The notes under the pieces were generated by a model. The model had not been told where the DNA came from and made no database searches. It worked only from the letters and a program-made list of their open reading frames with translations. The translations under genes were made by a program, and so were the position numbers. From Eledone cirrhosa (taxonomy: Eukaryota), in NCBI GenBank assembly GCA_964016885.1, contig OZ024740.1, positions 186,868,001 through 186,932,000 on the forward strand: DNA of 64,000 nt, read 5' to 3'. Positions 11,330-26,875 of the stretch are shown here, piece by piece (the stretch's first letter is position 1; each line of letters begins with the position of its first letter).

Positions 11330-12017
11330 CTTTGTTCTGCTGAGCAGCAACCTTGAAACTTTCCACACCTATACCTATCCTTCCAATATTGGCAATAGAA
11401 CGTCTTCCATAGTGACCAGAAGTTATTTAGTTAAATCTCTAATATGTGTGTGTGCATGTGTGTATACACAACCACACCTTAACTTTTCAATCACTGTGCC
11501 TTACCTCTCCCTAGAATTGCAAAGCTAATATTTTATCATTTTATTAGAAGCCATCACTTTCATTTATCTATATGTCCCTTCCTATAAAATCATAAAAATG
11601 TCTTACATCGTTAATCAGCCTGTTACTTATAACTACTCTCTAGATCTGAAGAGCTTTAACACTCTGTGGTAAAGTAACTTAGTGAAACAAAAAACAAATC
11701 ATACATGTAAACTAATACAAACACAGTCATACATAGATATAAATGCATATAAAGCAAAGAGAGCTTTTGGGGAGGGATTCAAGATATAACATATGATGTT
11801 TATATAAATGAAAATGGGATATAATATTTGGATTCAGAAAGAAAATAGTCATAAAATTCTGTTTGTAATAGAAAGACACTGTTCAACACCTTATTTTGGT
11901 TTTTATTCTAATCTAAATGCATCAACGTTCACAATATATCTAACTGTTTGAACTAGAATGTATCAAGATGATTTCTATAGAGACATATAAGTAATTTCCT
12001 TATAACACAAATGGACA

Positions 12018-12131
<114 letters not shown>

Positions 12132-13642
12132 GAAAGAAAGGTACTTTAATGTTTTACTCTCATCTTAATCCGTTTCAGAAATTATTTGCCAGAAACATTA
12201 TGTTCCTATATTTTCTTCTTTAAACATGCTTATTTTCATTATTTCATTATTTTTCTTCATGCTAAATAATAAAGCAACTGCATTTGATGTGTGAGTGTAT
12301 ATGTTGTAAAAACAAAAACAAAAAAGAATAAAAGAAAAAAGAGAGAGAGACACACACATTGCAAAATACTTTATAGCTGGTGTTGTGGATATTTATACAT
12401 ATGTCATGAAGTAATTTTTTTTTGTTTCCTTCAATACCATTAAGCAATTTTTAAGGGATCAAAGGATTAATGATGATATATTTTAGCAATAAATATGAAT
12501 TGTTGAATTTCCTTAGAGACTTTATTTTTCATCAAAATGCATACAATTTGTTAGTATATAAACAGATATCAATATTGTTTTTGTTTTTCTTTTGTTAATT
12601 ATGTTTATCATATGTTTAGTGAAAAAAATGTAACCTATATTAAAGTTTAAAAAATAGACTTTTGAATTCTTTGACTATGACATATTTATATTCAAGATTA
12701 TTTATATATTAATAGAAATAGAAATGTTCATAGCACTGTTTATAAGACATCAATAGGAAGGAGCCATATAACACATGTTAATAACAGCATACATTATTTT
12801 TATTATTCTGTTGTTTTGACTATGCAGTTCACACCAGAAATGCAGGATTAAATTGCAATGAATTCTGATAGGTTTTACATGCAGGCTTTGTAAATCAGAT
12901 ATGTTATTGATTGAGGTGAATATTCTATTGTGAATTTAAAGAAATCAATATCAGTTAATGTATGTATTGATAAATTTCTTTTTATACAATAGCCCAAATG
13001 TAGTAATATCTTGCATATCACATAATGTCTCTTGATGTATGATAGCTACATGTGGAGTTTTCATTAGTCAATAAAAGTGTAACCCACGGTTTAATAGCAA
13101 TTTTGGTATAGTAAACAGTAACTGATGAAAGACAACATTCCTCACAAATTTAAACAATTTATTTCCACTTCTGTAATTGTAGATACTTACTCACTACTGA
13201 TATTACAATACTATATTTCAATTTACACCAAATTCAAATGCTTTCTTCAGCATCTGAACTTAAAATGAACGGCTTGAAACAATTCTGAACAAAATGTATT
13301 CTATATATAAATAATAAGAGTTGACACATTCATTATTAAATTAAAATATTTTGATTGAGATTGAATCCTTATGTATAAAGTCTCTCCCTCTCTACCTCAC
13401 ACCACACACACACATGCACACAAAGAAATATATATATATACTTACACATATACACATACTCATTAGTAAGATATATAAATATTTATATATATATATATAT
13501 AATACACAGGGTACACCTTAATTAGTCTTAGTGCAGTACTTTTCACCAAATGTATGCAACATTCATTCAAAACATTACAGATTTCAGACTTTTAGTATAG
13601 ACTGGCATACACACACACACACTCACACACACACACACACAC

Positions 13643-13711
<69 letters not shown>

Positions 13712-14155
13712 CACATATATATATATATACTCTTTTACCTGTTCCAGTCATCTGGCTGAGGTGAGATTTCAATGCTTATTTTGTGAATTATTTTTAACAT
13801 AATATATCAGCCAAATTAAACTTAATTTCAATTTAATAATTTAAATAAAATGAGAAAAATCAAGTATAAGATTCCTTGAAATTTTTATTTCTTTTTTATT
13901 AAGTTTAATGTTTAAAATGATACAGACTTAAAAACCTGAGAAATTTCAATAAATCCAAGATAATTGGGAATATATAATTTAGACCTGTTTTAATAGTGCA
14001 TTTCCACAGAAAATAAGTTAAGTAACATTCTCCTTACTTATGTAGATATTATTAATAATAATTATCTACAACAATCCAATGTAAATTCTCATCAAGAAAA
14101 AGAGTGAACATAGATAATTAATAATAATAACAACAACAACAACAACAACAATAAA

Positions 14156-14193
<38 letters not shown>

Positions 14194-14200
14194 TTAATTA

Positions 14201-14278
14201 CAGGGGTCAGGTTGACACTTAGCATGATATGGGAAAGAAGCAGGATTCAAAGAAAGTTTCAATTAATAATAATAATAG
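14201..14278 (+). mobile_element. Extreme 5'-truncated R4/Dong 3' end inserted in (AAT)n
   Basis: cagg.gtcag..agcatgatatgggaaagaa.cag.att.aa.gaa.gtt matches the 3' terminus of the R4 relic at 42994-43055. It is flanked by (AAT)n on both sides. Confidence 0.7.
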
Positions 14279-14310
14279 CACCAGTTGTATTATTAATTAG
14301 CAAGCTATTA

Positions 14311-14421
14311 TAGAATTATATAGAAAGGTCTAGAATAAATAGAATTATATAGAAAGGTCTAGAATAAATAGAATTATATAGAAAGGTCTAAAATAAATAG
14401 AATTATATAGAAAGTTCTAGA
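14311..14421 (+). repeat. 29-bp minisatellite, about 3.8 copies
   Basis: Unit TAGAATTATATAGAAAGGTCTAGAATAAA repeated with 1-nt variants. Confidence 0.92.
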
Positions 14422-15029
14422 TTTAAATATATATATATACTTACCTCATTCCATATATTGACCTTTTCCTATTCTGCTATAACATACCTTAATCTATATG
14501 ATAATTTATTTACTTATTGATTTATTGCATATATATAGGTAAAAAAATTATGTTTCTTTATTATTTCATTAGTTTTCAAATTTATTTTCGTTTGATTTTG
14601 TTTTGTTTATGTTGTTGCAATTAGTAATTAATTATAGCTTGTGAATAATAATTCTCTGCAGGAGAAATTCAACAAGAAATCAGAACTACTTCAGAAATAG
14701 AAGGGAACACTCAATAAGCAAACATCAATTAATTAAATAATTGATTAATTAATGACTGATTCAATTTAGTAATTAAAATGTATTTTCATTCCTTGTACAA
14801 ATATCCACTTCAATTCAATTAAAATATTTGTATGTAGGTAGGTATGTAAATATGTATGGTTGTATGTATAAAATATAAAAAGAAAACAATTTATTCTATT
14901 GTCTTGCATGACCTTCGTTTTCACAGCTCATTAGTGATTTAATTTCAATTATATATGTTTGCATGTTTATGTATGTATATTTATATATAAGCAAAAAGAA
15001 AAAGAATTATATATATACAAATATATATG

Positions 15030-15121
<92 letters not shown>

Positions 15122-15313
15122 AGGAAGCATATTTGTGGACAAAAATACTTTATATACGTGTATGAATTTACAGTTTCATATTTGAATCATTAATATCATT
15201 TGTATAACATTTTTATGACATGAGGAGTCTAAACTGGATTATTCATTATTATTCATCAATTTAAATCCCCAAAACATATTAAGATAAAATAGATAATATA
15301 CCTGTTACTCCTG

Positions 15314-15353
<40 letters not shown>

Positions 15354-15448
15354 GTACATTCTTACCTACAATTGTAGGTTTTAATTTTAATAATTTCAAT
15401 AATTAAAAACAAGAACAAAAATTAAACAACAACAACAACAACAACTGC

Positions 15449-15501
<53 letters not shown>

Positions 15502-16096
15502 GTAAGTACTGTAACAAGCAATGTGAACTGAATAATAAGAATGGTGTCGTTGGCATCAGCAACATAACACAAATGAAAGTGAAAAAGTTTATGAAATTGA
15601 TATGCTTTTAATATTAATAAAACAAACAAAGAATATACCCACATATCTTTCAATATATAAAATTGGAAACAAGCACACATATCATTCAGCTCATAAAATT
15701 TGAAAGTATTTTTCAGCATAAGTATCATTACTCACATCAAAGGAAAATTGCCATTCCTGAAATGAGAGAAAAAAAATAAAGAACATTTTTTTATAATATA
15801 AAAACCTTTAGCAATCGCTATAACAAAAATTAAGATCATAGGATATATGAATAAATCATTTGAAACTCATATAATGGCACATATATTTACAATATAAGTT
15901 ATAGATGATATGTATATTTCTATATTAACACTCATATTTTAAACCATTACTATTAATATTTATAAAGGTATTAATAAATATATATATTTCAACATATTTT
16001 CAGTTTCAATATTAATGCATAAAAATGTGAATTTTAATATATCAATAATATGTATTAATAGATATAAATTGTAATACAACTAAAGCAACTGTACTA

Positions 16097-16143
<47 letters not shown>

Positions 16144-17584
16144 ATATATTAATGTATGGAAATAAATATAATTCTTTTTAACTCTCTTTCACATGTATCT
16201 TGTCTTTCTAGATGATGAAATTAATATTAGATTATTTTTCAAATTAAAACTGTTTTTAATGTTATCGAAGATATATTACGAATATATTAACCATACAAGT
16301 ATTTATAAAATATTAATAATTTTTCAATCATAATCGTGGCCAAGCTATTATAGTGGTTTATCAGTACAAGTTTTTTATTCATAAAAAATTCAAAGTATAT
16401 ACTTCACTGTTTCACATTCATTTTTATATAATTGCTCAGAGAAGATAGTTAAGTTTTTATTGCAAAGGTGCAATTACTATTTGCAGCAAGAAGATGCCCT
16501 TAGTTCTGTTAACCATTCAACAATAAAGTAAGGCATAGGTTATTTGTATATTTCTTTTTCTTTTATCATCTTGACACTCAAGAGAAGGCATGTTATGTGT
16601 CATGCTCAGAAGCATACATATAACTGTTATTAAGACTGGGATTTATGACTATGTGATAGGTAGGCTAATTTTGATTTAAATCGAAATAATTGGATATGAA
16701 TGAAGCAAATAAATCGGTACATGATAAGCAACATATAATGATATAGTAGTAGATTTTGTTTTTATCATTTCTCCTTCTTCATGAAGCTTATGTACGTATA
16801 TTCCAGAAAGCCAAGTTAAGATTCTTTCTCCATGTGATTTTTTTAATAAGATAAACTTATGAGTCTCATAGAAAATCTGAATACATATGTGTGACATGCT
16901 GGTTTCATGGATCATTATAGTAAGAGGCAAGTGAAAAGGAAAAGATAAAGAAATATATATATATATATATTTCCATGCTATAGGAGTTTGATAGGATTCA
17001 TTTCCTGGAACAGGTATGATTTATTGGTGGTACCATTCATAGTAATAATTGCCTAATTATGAAATGGGAAGGACTAGAAACTAGGTTTCATGCTATATGA
17101 ATAGATGCACATACATGTAATGTGCTTTGTCATATATTGTTAAATCATTAATCTTATTGAGAATTGTATTGTTGTCCTCTTATTTACACTAGAAAAGAAA
17201 AATATCAAACCAAATATATCCCACTTAAGAGATATGCTTATCAAAGCATCATTACTCAATCAATAATGTTTTTATAGTTTGATATGGCAGTATGCTATGT
17301 ATTCCATAGTTGTACGCTATCTACAATTATTATTGAATGTATCCAGTGTAATTTATATTACTTTATTCCAAAACCTTCATTAGTGTGCAAATTAAGATGC
17401 CTAACAGGAATTATTTTTAAGTCTTAAATGGGATTGATGGGTTCAAATCTGATAATCTAATATAGACTATTGTCTGTTTTCAATATTCACACTGATACAT
17501 ATATACTATGAGAGGTTTTGTACACACAAACATAACTATGTGTGTATGTACGTATATATAGAGAGAGATAGATAGATACAGATC

Positions 17585-17876
17585 ACGCAAGATATGATGA
17601 ACTGTGCAAGCCATGACCCAGACTCCATTAAAAGCATCATCACTGGCGATGAGACTTGGTTTTATGATTACAACATGGTCTTCTTGAAGGGCACGTACCA
17701 CACATCTCTACTCTAAATGTAACAGTTGGGAACTGACATTGCCTACCAGTGTAAAAATCTTCATGCATTGCACAAGAAGTGTGGCATCACATCTCATCCA
17801 AAGAATGTTGCCCGTGCAGCATTAGTCTTGGTGGGAAAAAGTAAAGTCAGATATGTTTTTAATGCATCTCTTGTAT
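17585..17876 (+). mobile_element. Mariner transposase relic with a decayed terminal repeat
   Basis: 17594-17674 translates as MMNCASHDPDSIKSIITGDETWFYDYN, the mariner first catalytic-Asp motif (ITGDETW). The segment ends in a TIR-like gtcagatatgttttt..cttg-TA. Confidence 0.75.
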
Positions 17877-17883
17877 ATATGGC

Positions 17884-17934
<51 letters not shown>

Positions 17935-18119
17935 GTGTATGCATATATATACATACACATATATGTTGTTACAATGCATGTTTTCAATTTTGATCCTAAT
18001 GTGCAACACTGTTTCAAAATGTTTTTTTTACTCTTATCTTAGGTTGGCCAATGCCTAGTGAGTGAAATTTTATAGAAAGATCATGTGCTGTGACAAATCA
18101 AATATGTGTGTGTGTGTAT

Positions 18120-18157
18120 GTCTTCTGACGAAGGACTAGTCCCCGAAATGTTACGAC
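18120..18157 (+). ncRNA. Decayed minimal (PLE-type) hammerhead motif
   Basis: GTCTT-CTGACGA-AGGACTAGTCCCC-GAAAT-GTTA-CGAC. GAAATG can be explained by CpG decay of GAAACG. Confidence 0.5.
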
Positions 18158-18341
18158 TCTTTTCCTATTATATCAAATGTTATTCTAATATATTTCTTCA
18201 TTGTACTGTGTTGTTTGCTTTGTTATACCTATTTACTTTTTACACACACACACACACATACATATGTATATACATGCTTATATACATATATGAAAAATTT
18301 GGGACCCCAATTGCTTAACTCCTGTCGTTTCAACAGCTATT

Positions 18342-18401
<60 letters not shown>

Positions 18402-18744
18402 AATATTTTATTTAGCCAATAATATACAAGTGCTGAGTTCACAAAAACAGAATAGGCAAAAAACACCAGTTTTCTTCTTATTGTGCTCTTGTTCCTTGAT
18501 CTAGGAAGGAGGCTCGATTATAAGTTTATTATTCTCTCAGATTGATCAATTAATTCCTTTTGAAATATAATTAAAATTACATATTTAATAAAATATTTTC
18601 TAAGTGAGTTCATGTTCTTACACTTATTAAAACTCAACTGACCCCTAAAACCTTTGTTATAGAAATTCACAAAAAATGCCTTAACCACTAAAACCATAAT
18701 TATTGTACACATTGATATATCACAGGCACACACACACACATATA

Positions 18745-18848
18745 TACAGGGTGTCCCCAAAAAATGTATACATACTTCAACAGCATTCTAATGAATATTG
18801 CCTGTACAGGTAATCAAAGTGAGTATACATTTGGGGGGGGGGGGGGAC
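18745..18848. mobile_element. Tc1/mariner-type MITE, right TIR disrupted by poly-G
   Basis: TA-CAGGGTGTCCCCAAAAAATGTATACATACTT versus AAGTGAGTATACATTT(G)nAC. Confidence 0.6.
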
Positions 18849-18957
18849 GACGACGACGACACATACACTCACACACATATTATATATAAAAATATATATA
18901 AGTGATTTTCTGCCTTACATTTAAGCTTGTGCTGTTTTGAAAGCAGTAGCATTCCAC

Positions 18958-19003
<46 letters not shown>

Positions 19004-19007
19004 AGAT

Positions 19008-19050
<43 letters not shown>

Positions 19051-19758
19051 CAGATGCATACATGTGTGTGTGTGGGTTTGCGTGTGTGTGTGTGTAAAGT
19101 TCCGATGCAAAATATGGCTATTTTTGATCATGTATAACATGAATTGAAAGGAAATAATGTTAAATATTATATTTTATTTTCTTTGCTCCCAAATTGATAT
19201 TTTAATTACCAATATATTTAAGAAAAATTATTTAAACGCTAATTGAAATTTATACCAGTCACAAACCCAAATTTATCCTCATTCAATGTTATTAAAGTAA
19301 AACCATTAAATGGTCCACACTTCAGTTTTGAATAACACACCAATATGTCTGTTTAAAGTCCATTGCTATTTTGCTGTTGGACAATTTAAGTCTGTCTGAA
19401 TATGAATTATTAAATAGAAAAAATATTTTCTAAAGGAGAGAAATAAAAAACATGATGTGTAGAATATATTAATTATAAATTTGTGTTTTGTCTACACCTA
19501 CATTGATTACACTCATGATATCATAGAATTAAAATTAATTTTTGTTGATTTTTTTCGCCCCTCAATAGAAAAGTTAGGTTCTTCAAGTATATGAGGATAT
19601 ATTTGTAAATTCACAATAATTGAACGTAAAATAAATCTAGATATATTTTTGAAATGAAACCCAAATAAAAATATATATATTTACAATTCATTTGAGAATT
19701 AATACAAGATGTGAATGTAAAGAAGTTATACTATGTAGTTCACTAAAATAAATAACTT

Positions 19759-19806
<48 letters not shown>

Positions 19807-19819
19807 TACTATATATATG

Positions 19820-19850
<31 letters not shown>

Positions 19851-20149
19851 CCATATATATATATATACTTATATATATATATACTTATATATATAAGTAT
19901 GCCTATATATATATATTCATATATATTTCAGAATTAATTGGAGGATTATTTCTTTCAATAATATGAAATTAGTTTTAGAAAAAGAAATGTATTAAAAGTT
20001 TAGCCTCAATGGCAAAAGAGGGAGTATAAATGTGGTGTATATTCATATATATAGTTATTAAAACCAGTTACTACAATGGCGCCATACCAAGTATTTACAT
20101 TTCTTTAGTCCTGAGTATATATATATATTTGTTTCAAGGATATGACAGA

Positions 20150-20440
20150 CTCCCTAGTGTTTATGGTGATCTACACGATAAATGTACCAAGTATATGCTG
20201 TAAGTTGGTTGGTGATAGGAAGGGCACCCAGCCTTAACAAGCTTGCCAAACGGAGGTCTGGAAGGACCCTCAGTTGTATCAAAGACATGACAACCTCTCC
20301 TAGCACTTTGTAGAACATGAGACTGTACATAAGTGGCAACAGATCCCTGATCTCTGGGAGGTCAAGAGCCCGCGTCAGCACTGACATGGTCTATGAATCT
20401 CTGTCCAACTCTTCGAAAGCAGACATTAAATGATGATGAT
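20150..20440 (+). mobile_element. RTE-tailed SINE (family C)
   Basis: ttggtgataggaagggcacccagcc core and gacattaaatgatgatgat tail. Related to 30000-30310 (-), 48930-49445 (+) and 45030-45262 (+). Confidence 0.65.
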
Positions 20441-20861
20441 AATATATTAAAGTATTATTATAAAGTAGCTCTATTATGTTATAAACAGTGTTTTATAGAA
20501 TTAATGTTATATATATGAAATATCAAAGAATAGAATGGCAATATTCAATAATATTATTAGATGTTTACAGTTCTCTAATTTCAAGTTTAAGTAGTTTTCT
20601 TAATATATTAAATATATTTTAAAAGGTATTTCAGAAAGACAACTCCTTCATAATGATGCTCTAGTTGTCACACTATGTCTGCCTACACTAAATATATCAG
20701 CAATACAATAACAAAGAGTGCAATATTGCTGCTGAAGTAAATACTGAATTATATCCTTGCTTAAACACATATTACCAGTCTATAAATGTTCAGAGATAAC
20801 TATTGCAGTTCAATAACAATAAAAATGAAGTTCTTCAATTTATTCATAGCCTGAGATATGA

Positions 20862-20919
<58 letters not shown>

Positions 20920-23900
20920 TCTGAAAGTTTTCCATAGCCTGTATGTTAGATACTATAACACAGAACAAAACCTTCTAAGTAAATCAGAATTTAAAACATT
21001 CAAATCAACCTTTATTACTTGTACTTACATTTCTTTGCAAAGCCTTTTGTAAAGAACAATGCTATCTAAAGTTAGGGTTAGGTTTAGAAAAGAAAAGGGA
21101 AAAAATTAAATAATATCTATATATATTTTACTAAGGTTGTTAAGTGAAGTTAATGTAGAATTAAATGTCCAACTCAGAAACATAATAAAAGGCATCCAAT
21201 TGATTTTATTCAGAATTACTCAGAATGCACACATCCACATTACCACTATTCGGGTTCAATTAGTAAAAGTACATTATTTACAAAGTATTTGAAAAATATA
21301 ATGTAGTTATTTAACTTCTAAGGCAATATCAAAGATATGTTTCTTATATCAAAGATAGCACAATAACGTAACACCAATTTGTAAATGAATTCATTTAACA
21401 TAGAAATAGATCTGCATTTGATTGCATGAAAATGACAAGAAAAACATGCTAGAACTTCCTTTATTATTAGTTAATGACAATCTATGAAATACTTGGAAAT
21501 CACAATGACATTATAATTTTTTACATTCAATATTAGAATTAATGTTAATTAATGATATCTCTACAAGTGGGTGCAATCTGTTAGTTATTTGAAATTCTTG
21601 TCAATTTCTTTCGGTCTTATACATTTCTCCACTAGCAGATTTGTTGCTGAAACTGCTAGTGCCTTTCAACTTGAAAGATATTAGGCAAGTAATCATTTGC
21701 TTCTTATAAACACACACACACATATAGATATACATATATGTTTATAAATATAAGTGTATAAATATATGTGTATGTGTTTATATGTGTGTGTGTTATAAAT
21801 ATCCATGTAGACACACTCACAAAGAAAATACATCTGCCATTTTAAGTAGGTATCTCAGTTATGCTAATTGGACATGAAAAACTAACTCCTCATATTGCAA
21901 TAATTCTATAGATTATTTGGACAGTAAACATTCACCATTTTACTTCTATTTTTGTGTGTGTTAGTTTAATTTGGGAAATTACATTTAAAGATTATTAATA
22001 CTATTAGATATTTTCTATATGAAAATCAATATGAAAGAGTCCTTTCTGTCTTTGTCCTAAAATGTCTTTGTATTAATATATCAATATCAATATATGCTTT
22101 ACTTTTAGTAGGTTATATTTTGAATAGAAGCTAAATCTATACATTTAAAAACAGTTCTGCAAATAATTATGGTGTTTTATCGATAATAATGTTTAGAAAT
22201 CACGAGGATACAAATAGAATTGGATCAAACTGTTTAAACTTTGTTTTACATTTAATAATAAAATTTCTCCAGAGTTACCAAAATAATTTCGGTTTTGATC
22301 AAGACCATTTGTTCCCTAATTAATTTTGTTAGGTTATTATGAGGAAGAGAGAAATAAAAAATCACTTTGAAATCTAAATTGATGACAATAAATAAATTAA
22401 TACTTCAAATAATTCTCTTTCTCAAAAATTAGGAAAACCAATCAATTCTTCAATAGATTTGACATCACCAAATATAGGTGATTATTAATGTATCATTTAA
22501 ATCATTTTCAAATAATGTAATAGTTTATTTGATAATTTTATGGGAGAATTTATTCTTATGTTACACCCACCCACCCCACACACACACGCACATATACACA
22601 CCCCATCAAATAGACCAGTTGAAACGTGACGATGTATGAATAGTCATATTTTTTTAACATTCTAAGTTGAATAATAATACTTTGACCCTGCTGAATTTTC
22701 AAAGTGAGACAAGCAAAGCTACTTATGAATATTTACTATGGTTGAATGGATAGTAACGTATTCACTTGACTAACACAGTTAATGGATCATCTGTTCAAAT
22801 CCACCTACAGTATTTTTGCACCCCGCCTCTCTTTCTCTCTCTCCCACTTAGCAAGACAATTCAAAATGACACATTTTACTTAACAGTCAAGAATCACTCT
22901 ACTGTCTAATGTAGTTTTAGATACACTAAGTTAGCAATAAAAGACAGGAAAGTCATGGTTTTAACACATTCAAATGTAAGGTCTACTAGATCAAGCGCTG
23001 AGCAAGGACAATATCAAATATAAAAATTACCAAATCTATATTCTTTGTCCTTTAAACATTCAAGAGTATTAACAAATAGGTGGCAAATTGGCAGTCATTA
23101 GAATATCAGATAGAATGCTTTGCTGTATGTGTACTGGTTCCCAGCCACTCAGAGTTTAAATCTTGCCTTTCATTTTTTTAGGTTGTTTAAAAGTACCAGT
23201 CCAGTGCTGGAATAAATTCGTCCTCTATCTCTTTCTCACATCCTCTCTCCTTCTCTAAGAAAACAAGACTATGATCAAATGTAGAGAAGGAGGGGCTCAG
23301 CCAGGTTTAAAATGCCTAACACATGCTGTATGTCACGATGGTGCCCCTATAACTTTATCAGGAGATAAGGGCTCAAACATGTATATATATTGTGTCAATA
23401 AATAAACTAGTTTCACTCTTTTTAGCAATACATTTATATTTGTAATCCTATTCTTAATTTCTTTATCATATCTCACAAACTTTTATTTGTCACCCCCAAA
23501 ACACAGCTTGCAGTAGTTGTCTGCACATAACGAAAGGGAACCTGTTCAACTTACGATTGTAACAATCTTCAAAACATTAGTTGTATATATTCAGTTAGTA
23601 TTTCTTCAATTTATCTGAACATACATGACAAAATCAAATTGTAAAATAGGATACGTCGATGTTATAAACATTCCATTATTCACCTTCCCTATCTATCTAT
23701 CTCCCACTTGCCCTATGTATCTATCTATCTTACTCTACCATCTACCTCTTCATTTCCCTGCTTATTTATCTATCTTTTTCTCTGTTTATCTTTCATGACC
23801 ATTTCACTAATGAAGAAAAGTAAGTGATACAAGACATAACCTTTTATGTAACAATAAGACCTTAGGTTAAGAGATTTCACTTATATAAACTTAACTAAGA

Positions 23901-24465
23901 AAACAGATACAGAGACAGAAAATAATACAGATAAATAAGGTACAAAATGTATTTTAAAAATAATATATATATATATCTTTTTTTATATAGCAGCCTGAGT
24001 TTTGCTTTTCAATGTCAGAAATATATCAGCTTCAACTAGAATTCTCTCACCTTTTTCTGTTCAAATAACTAGCCACTCAGACTGATGTTAAGGTATTGTT
24101 CTCAAAATAAACAACATCCAAATCCCATATATTCGATATTATTTGAGATAAAGCCTTTACCATGAAAATACAATAGTATATATAGAGTAATGTAAATGCT
24201 AAAGAGTTAAAATAAAATAAATTGGTTCTAAATTTTTATATTGTCAGACAGGGGAAGAACAAGTAAACTAGCACTAGTAATTGTCATTGGACGAAAGAGG
24301 AAGAAAACGAAATGTCTGTATATATATCCCAAAGGTAACATAGAAAGTGCCCTGTTTAGAAACATAAGGAAACACATATAATTAATTTCTAATCAGAATT
24401 AATCAAGTGCTTTACATTCATTTTATCACTATTTGGGTTCATTTAGTAAATGCTCATTTAAAACA

Positions 24466-24515
<50 letters not shown>

Positions 24516-24580
24516 TAACAGTGTGTGTGTGTGAGTGTGTGTATGTGTGTGTGTGTGTGACTATGTATATGTGTGTGCAT

Positions 24581-24644
<64 letters not shown>

Positions 24645-24867
24645 AGGCTTTGGTTAATTTCTTTTACTGTCAGTAAATTTAAAAGAATACGGAATACATT
24701 TATATATACTTGAGTTTGAATTTTGTAGTCCCTGTCACGAAGTAGAACATGGTGTATCATTAGATCTATAGATTCTATTTTCGGTAATTACCAAATTACA
24801 CTTGTTTCCAGCCTTTGATGAGCTACAAGTTGTTTTGTTTTGTTTCGTTATTTTTTTTCAATAAACA

Positions 24868-24939
<72 letters not shown>

Positions 24940-26561
24940 GTACACATGTAGACATACAGATTTTTGTCTTTTCAATACACATAAAAATAAATTCATTACT
25001 CTTGGTTCGTTTTCTGATAAGTATGGACATTTTATATAAAGGAATTACAAATAAATAAATAAAAAGGTAAATAAATGAACATGTTTTTTGTAATAGTATA
25101 TACTGATTATTTAATAGTCATTTAAGTAAAAGGTTCATGATTATATTATTGACTTTCTAGAAAATGCAGCAAATTTGAAATCTGATTTACCCCTTTATAG
25201 TAGGGGCAAGGATTGTAAGAATCTGAAAGAAGGAAAAGTAAAATTATTGTATAGCATACCAGCAATTTACAAAAAAATCCATATACATACACATCCTATA
25301 GTCATAGGCAAATAAGTATTTATAAATATAACTAATTTGCAAAAGATACATACATATATATATATTAATACATTATATATTTTTAAAGCAGTAGGAAAAA
25401 TATATATATATTTATATATACACACACACATATCAAAAATATGAAATTTCTAGGAAAGTTTTATATTTTTAGGTGTGTATATATATATATATATATACAA
25501 ACTTAAAATATCTTTCAAAATTAACACACATGGATGATGATGTTTAATCAAAAGCTTTGTTTTGTATGAGCTGCTGCCCATGTGTACTCTCTAAAAAAAA
25601 AATCTGTTTTTATTTATTTATTTATTTGGTTTTACAACAAAATATACAATTATTGAGAGGTTTTGGTTCATAAGCATGATATAACTATTTTATTGTTCTG
25701 TTGAACCACTTTGCTTTATTACAGATTTCTGCTGGAGAAGTATTAGCTATGTATTACTAAAATAAATCAGAAAATAAGATAAAAGTAACTTAATAATAAG
25801 TTTTATACAATATCACTAAAAAAAGATATCTGTATATAAATTTTGCCAGAACATTGAACAAAACAAAACTAAGAGGAGAAAAAATAGAAAATACAAATTA
25901 AAAGGTCCTATCCATTCATCTTATTTTACTCTAATAAACAATGATACTGTTTATTGTTAATTATTATTATTATTATTAAATTAGATATTTTTAAAGCTAT
26001 TTGACTTAAGTTGAAAATGGCAACTCTGCAACATATATTTTGAAGCTTCATTCGCTTCAATAAACAGATATAAAATTGATTGAAGATACATTTTATTGAT
26101 TTTTTTTTTCATACAAGTTTAGTTAGATGGTCGTAATATATAAATTCTCCTTTCTTTTAACTTTAAGAACATTCATTCTCTACCTTCCGCCATTCCTCCA
26201 ACATTCCTTAAAATAATCCACAACAGTTTAATAACAGCAATGTTTTCTTTAACATTACATTAATTAGTCCAATGTAATAAATTTGAAAGGAGTATCGATG
26301 GAAGGTTTAGATGATGTTATATTCACATTAAAATCATTGTTATTACTTTATATTCTCCAATTCGATCATACTTTACTCAGAGTAAAGTTGACTCTGGCAC
26401 GATATAAATGTAAAGATAGGACACAAAAGTTAAGCACTTATATTGATGTGTTAACATTTCCACTAAACTAAGTATAATTAAAAAAATAAACATAATGATA
26501 ATAATAATCTTAATCTAGTTCATATCTGGCAGCAAAGCACCAGGAAAATGTAGTATATATA

Positions 26562-26644
<83 letters not shown>

Positions 26645-26763
26645 GGGAGGAGAGCGAGAGGAAGAAAGATATGTAATATCCCAACCATGGAAACAAGCGG
26701 TATCTCTATACCCACTCTGCATCTCCCCATGATTAATGGTCTCCCCGGTTTCAGCATCATAGA

Positions 26764-26816
<53 letters not shown>

Positions 26817-26823
26817 TCTCTCA

Positions 26824-26875
<52 letters not shown>

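Noticed and set aside
11646-11690. CTGAAGA followed by a hairpin
   Set aside because: The hairpin is not followed directly by GAAA, and there is no stem III or stem I.
14662-14717. Possible exon after ctctgcag
   Set aside because: No nearby donor, stops follow in all frames, and there is no recognisable peptide.
21072-21087. TTAGGGTTAGGTTTAG telomere-like motif
   Set aside because: Only one perfect unit is present, which is expected by chance.
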